Source: Mobula hypostoma (taxonomy: Eukaryota). From it: 64,000 nt of DNA. A program made the position numbers and the translations under genes. The DNA lies in the NCBI RefSeq assembly GCF_963921235.1, contig NC_086108.1, positions 107,634,001 to 107,698,000 on the forward strand, read 5' to 3'. The notes under the pieces are model-generated. The model searched no databases, was not told where the DNA came from, and saw nothing but the letters and a program-made list of their open reading frames with translations. Shown piece by piece: positions 62,200 through 64,000 of this stretch. The first letter of the stretch is position 1. Every line of letters begins with the position of its first letter.

Positions 62200-62585
62200 C
62201 TCATCATCATCATTATTCTGTGCTGTGTCATATGACGTGGGAGATCATGGTCTTTTCATGACCATGATTGTTCTTGGCAAATTTTTTCAACAGAAGTGGT
62301 TTGCCATTTCCTTCTTTTGGGCAGGGGATGGTGACCCCAGCCATGATCAACATTCTTCAGGGATTGTCTGCCTGGCATCAGTGTTCACATAACCAGGACT
62401 TGTGATACACAGCACCTGGTCCCATTGCTTCATGGGACCCTGATTGGGGTGGCGGAGAGGGGCGGGGGGTACGGTGGGGAGCTAAGCAGGTGCAACACCT
62501 TGCCCAAGGGAGACCTTCAGGCTAACAGAGAAAGGAGTGACTTACACCTCCTTTGGTAGAGACGTATTACCCCAATGCCACCCAC
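62200..62585 (-). mobile_element. SINE-like repeat with BovB/RTE-type tail
   Basis: reverse complement of GAAGG.AATGGCAAACCACT at about 62296-62315; paralog of 63017-63340. Confidence 0.6.
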
Positions 62586-63016
62586 ATAGAGCCCTACAGC
62601 ACAGAAACAGGCCCATTGGCCCATCCAGTCCGTGCCAGCCTGGGTTCTGCCTTGTCCCATCAAGGTACACCCGGACCACAGCCCTCCACACCCCTCCCAT
62701 CCAGGTACCTATCCAAACTTCAATCATGCATTGCAATCAAACCTGCATGCACCACTTCCTGTGGCAGCTCATTTCACACTTCTGAAAGAAGTAGTTCCCC
62801 CTCATGTTACCCTGAAATATTACACCTTTCACCTTTAACTCATGACCTCTAGATCTAGTTCTGATCAGTTTTAATCAGATTGTAAATAAGTAGCTTGAGA
62901 GCTTTTGAGTGGGCAGGTGCTATTGTGCTGATGATAATTTGGTAAATTAGTTTATTATTATCATGTATACTGAGATACAGTGATAAACTTTGTTTTGCAT
63001 ACCATCCATGTAGATG

Positions 63017-63340
63017 AGGGTGGCAGAGTGGAGATACGTCTCTACCAGAGGAGGTGTAAGGTGTTCTTTCCCTTCTCTAGCCTGCAGGTCACCCTTGGGC
63101 AAGGCATAGCACCTGCTTAGCCCCCCAGACAGGGTCACGTGAAGCCATGGGATCAGGTGGTGGTTAGTCGAATGAGCATATCACAAGTCCTGGTTATGCG
63201 ACCACTGAAGAGCATTGACAATGGCTAGGGTCACACACCTTGTAAAGACACTGCCCAGAAGAAGGCAATGGCAAACCACTTTGTAGAAAAAAACCGCCAA
63301 GAACAATCATGGTCACGGAAAGCCCATGGCAACACACACG
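63017..63340 (+). mobile_element. SINE-like repeat with BovB/RTE-type tail
   Basis: GAAGAAGGCAATGGCAAACCACT motif typical of BovB-type 3' ends. Confidence 0.6.
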
Positions 63341-63881
63341 AAATGCTGGTCTACAGTTCAGGCTGAGACCCTTCATCAAAGACGTACTGACTACTAGGTT
63401 AATTGGTCATTGTACGTTGACCTGTCAATAGGCTAGGGCTAAATTGGAGGGTTAGAGGGCACACAGCTCGGTGGGCTGAAAGGACCTGTCCTACACGCCA
63501 TCTCAAATTAATAAATAAATACGTCTTTGACGATGGATGCCGTCGTCTTGAGGCAGCAACTCCTGGAGAAACTACCGATGGTTTTGCAGGCTATACTCAT
63601 GACTTACTAAACTGAGTCTGCTACTCTCTGAGGCTTCATGGGTTCTGTCGTACCACACCATGATGCAACACGTTCTCCCTCGATCATGTGGCTTTTCCCT
63701 GGACCTAATGTAAATGGGTGGTTGATGATCAGCGTTGACTCAGTAGGTCAAAGGGCCTTTTTCCATGCTGTATGATTCAGACATCCCACCTCTCCCAGAA
63801 GTTCCGGGAGTCTCCTGCAAATTAATAGCGGCTCCCTGATGCCCACAAATTATATACAATATCACGGAAATCGATTTTTTT

Positions 63882-63912
63882 GAGAGCGAGCGAGGGAGAG
63901 AGAGCAAGAGAG

Positions 63913-63947
<35 letters not shown>

Positions 63948-63990
63948 AAGCAAGAGAGCGAGTGCGAGAGAGACCACAAGAGAGAGAGCA
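63882..63990. repeat. (GA)n-rich microsatellite
   Basis: direct inspection. Confidence 0.9.
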
Positions 63991-64000
63991 TGCCATGGCA

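Noticed and set aside
1..64000. CRISPR arrays, operons or other prokaryotic systems
   Set aside because: The sequence is vertebrate-type repeat-rich DNA, with no regularly spaced repeat-spacer array or gene-dense region.

Overview
Eukaryotic, repeat-saturated non-coding DNA, most likely from a cartilaginous fish (ray or shark). This is inferred from abundant HE1/V-SINE-like and HER1/CR1-like repeats. I recognise no host protein-coding exon, so the window looks like a gene desert or a very large intron. Every ORF I can assign is a transposon fragment: CR1, Rex1/Babar, RTE, L1, a Hero-like REL element, Penelope-like GIY-YIG, or Tc1. The most striking signal is a family of young Penelope-like insertions (five copies), each bounded by a 12-15 bp target-site duplication. 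Four are fold-back inverted repeats whose second arm stops about 38 nt short of the element's 3' end. The family carries a minimal type I hammerhead ribozyme motif. Two RTE-like repeats begin exactly at the expected cleavage site of a degenerate twister ribozyme, and a third RTE derivative has a possible HDV-like fold at its 5' end. Short unique AT-rich islands between repeats are candidate conserved non-coding elements. Family assignments come from motif recognition by eye, not database searches, and boundaries of old repeats are approximate.
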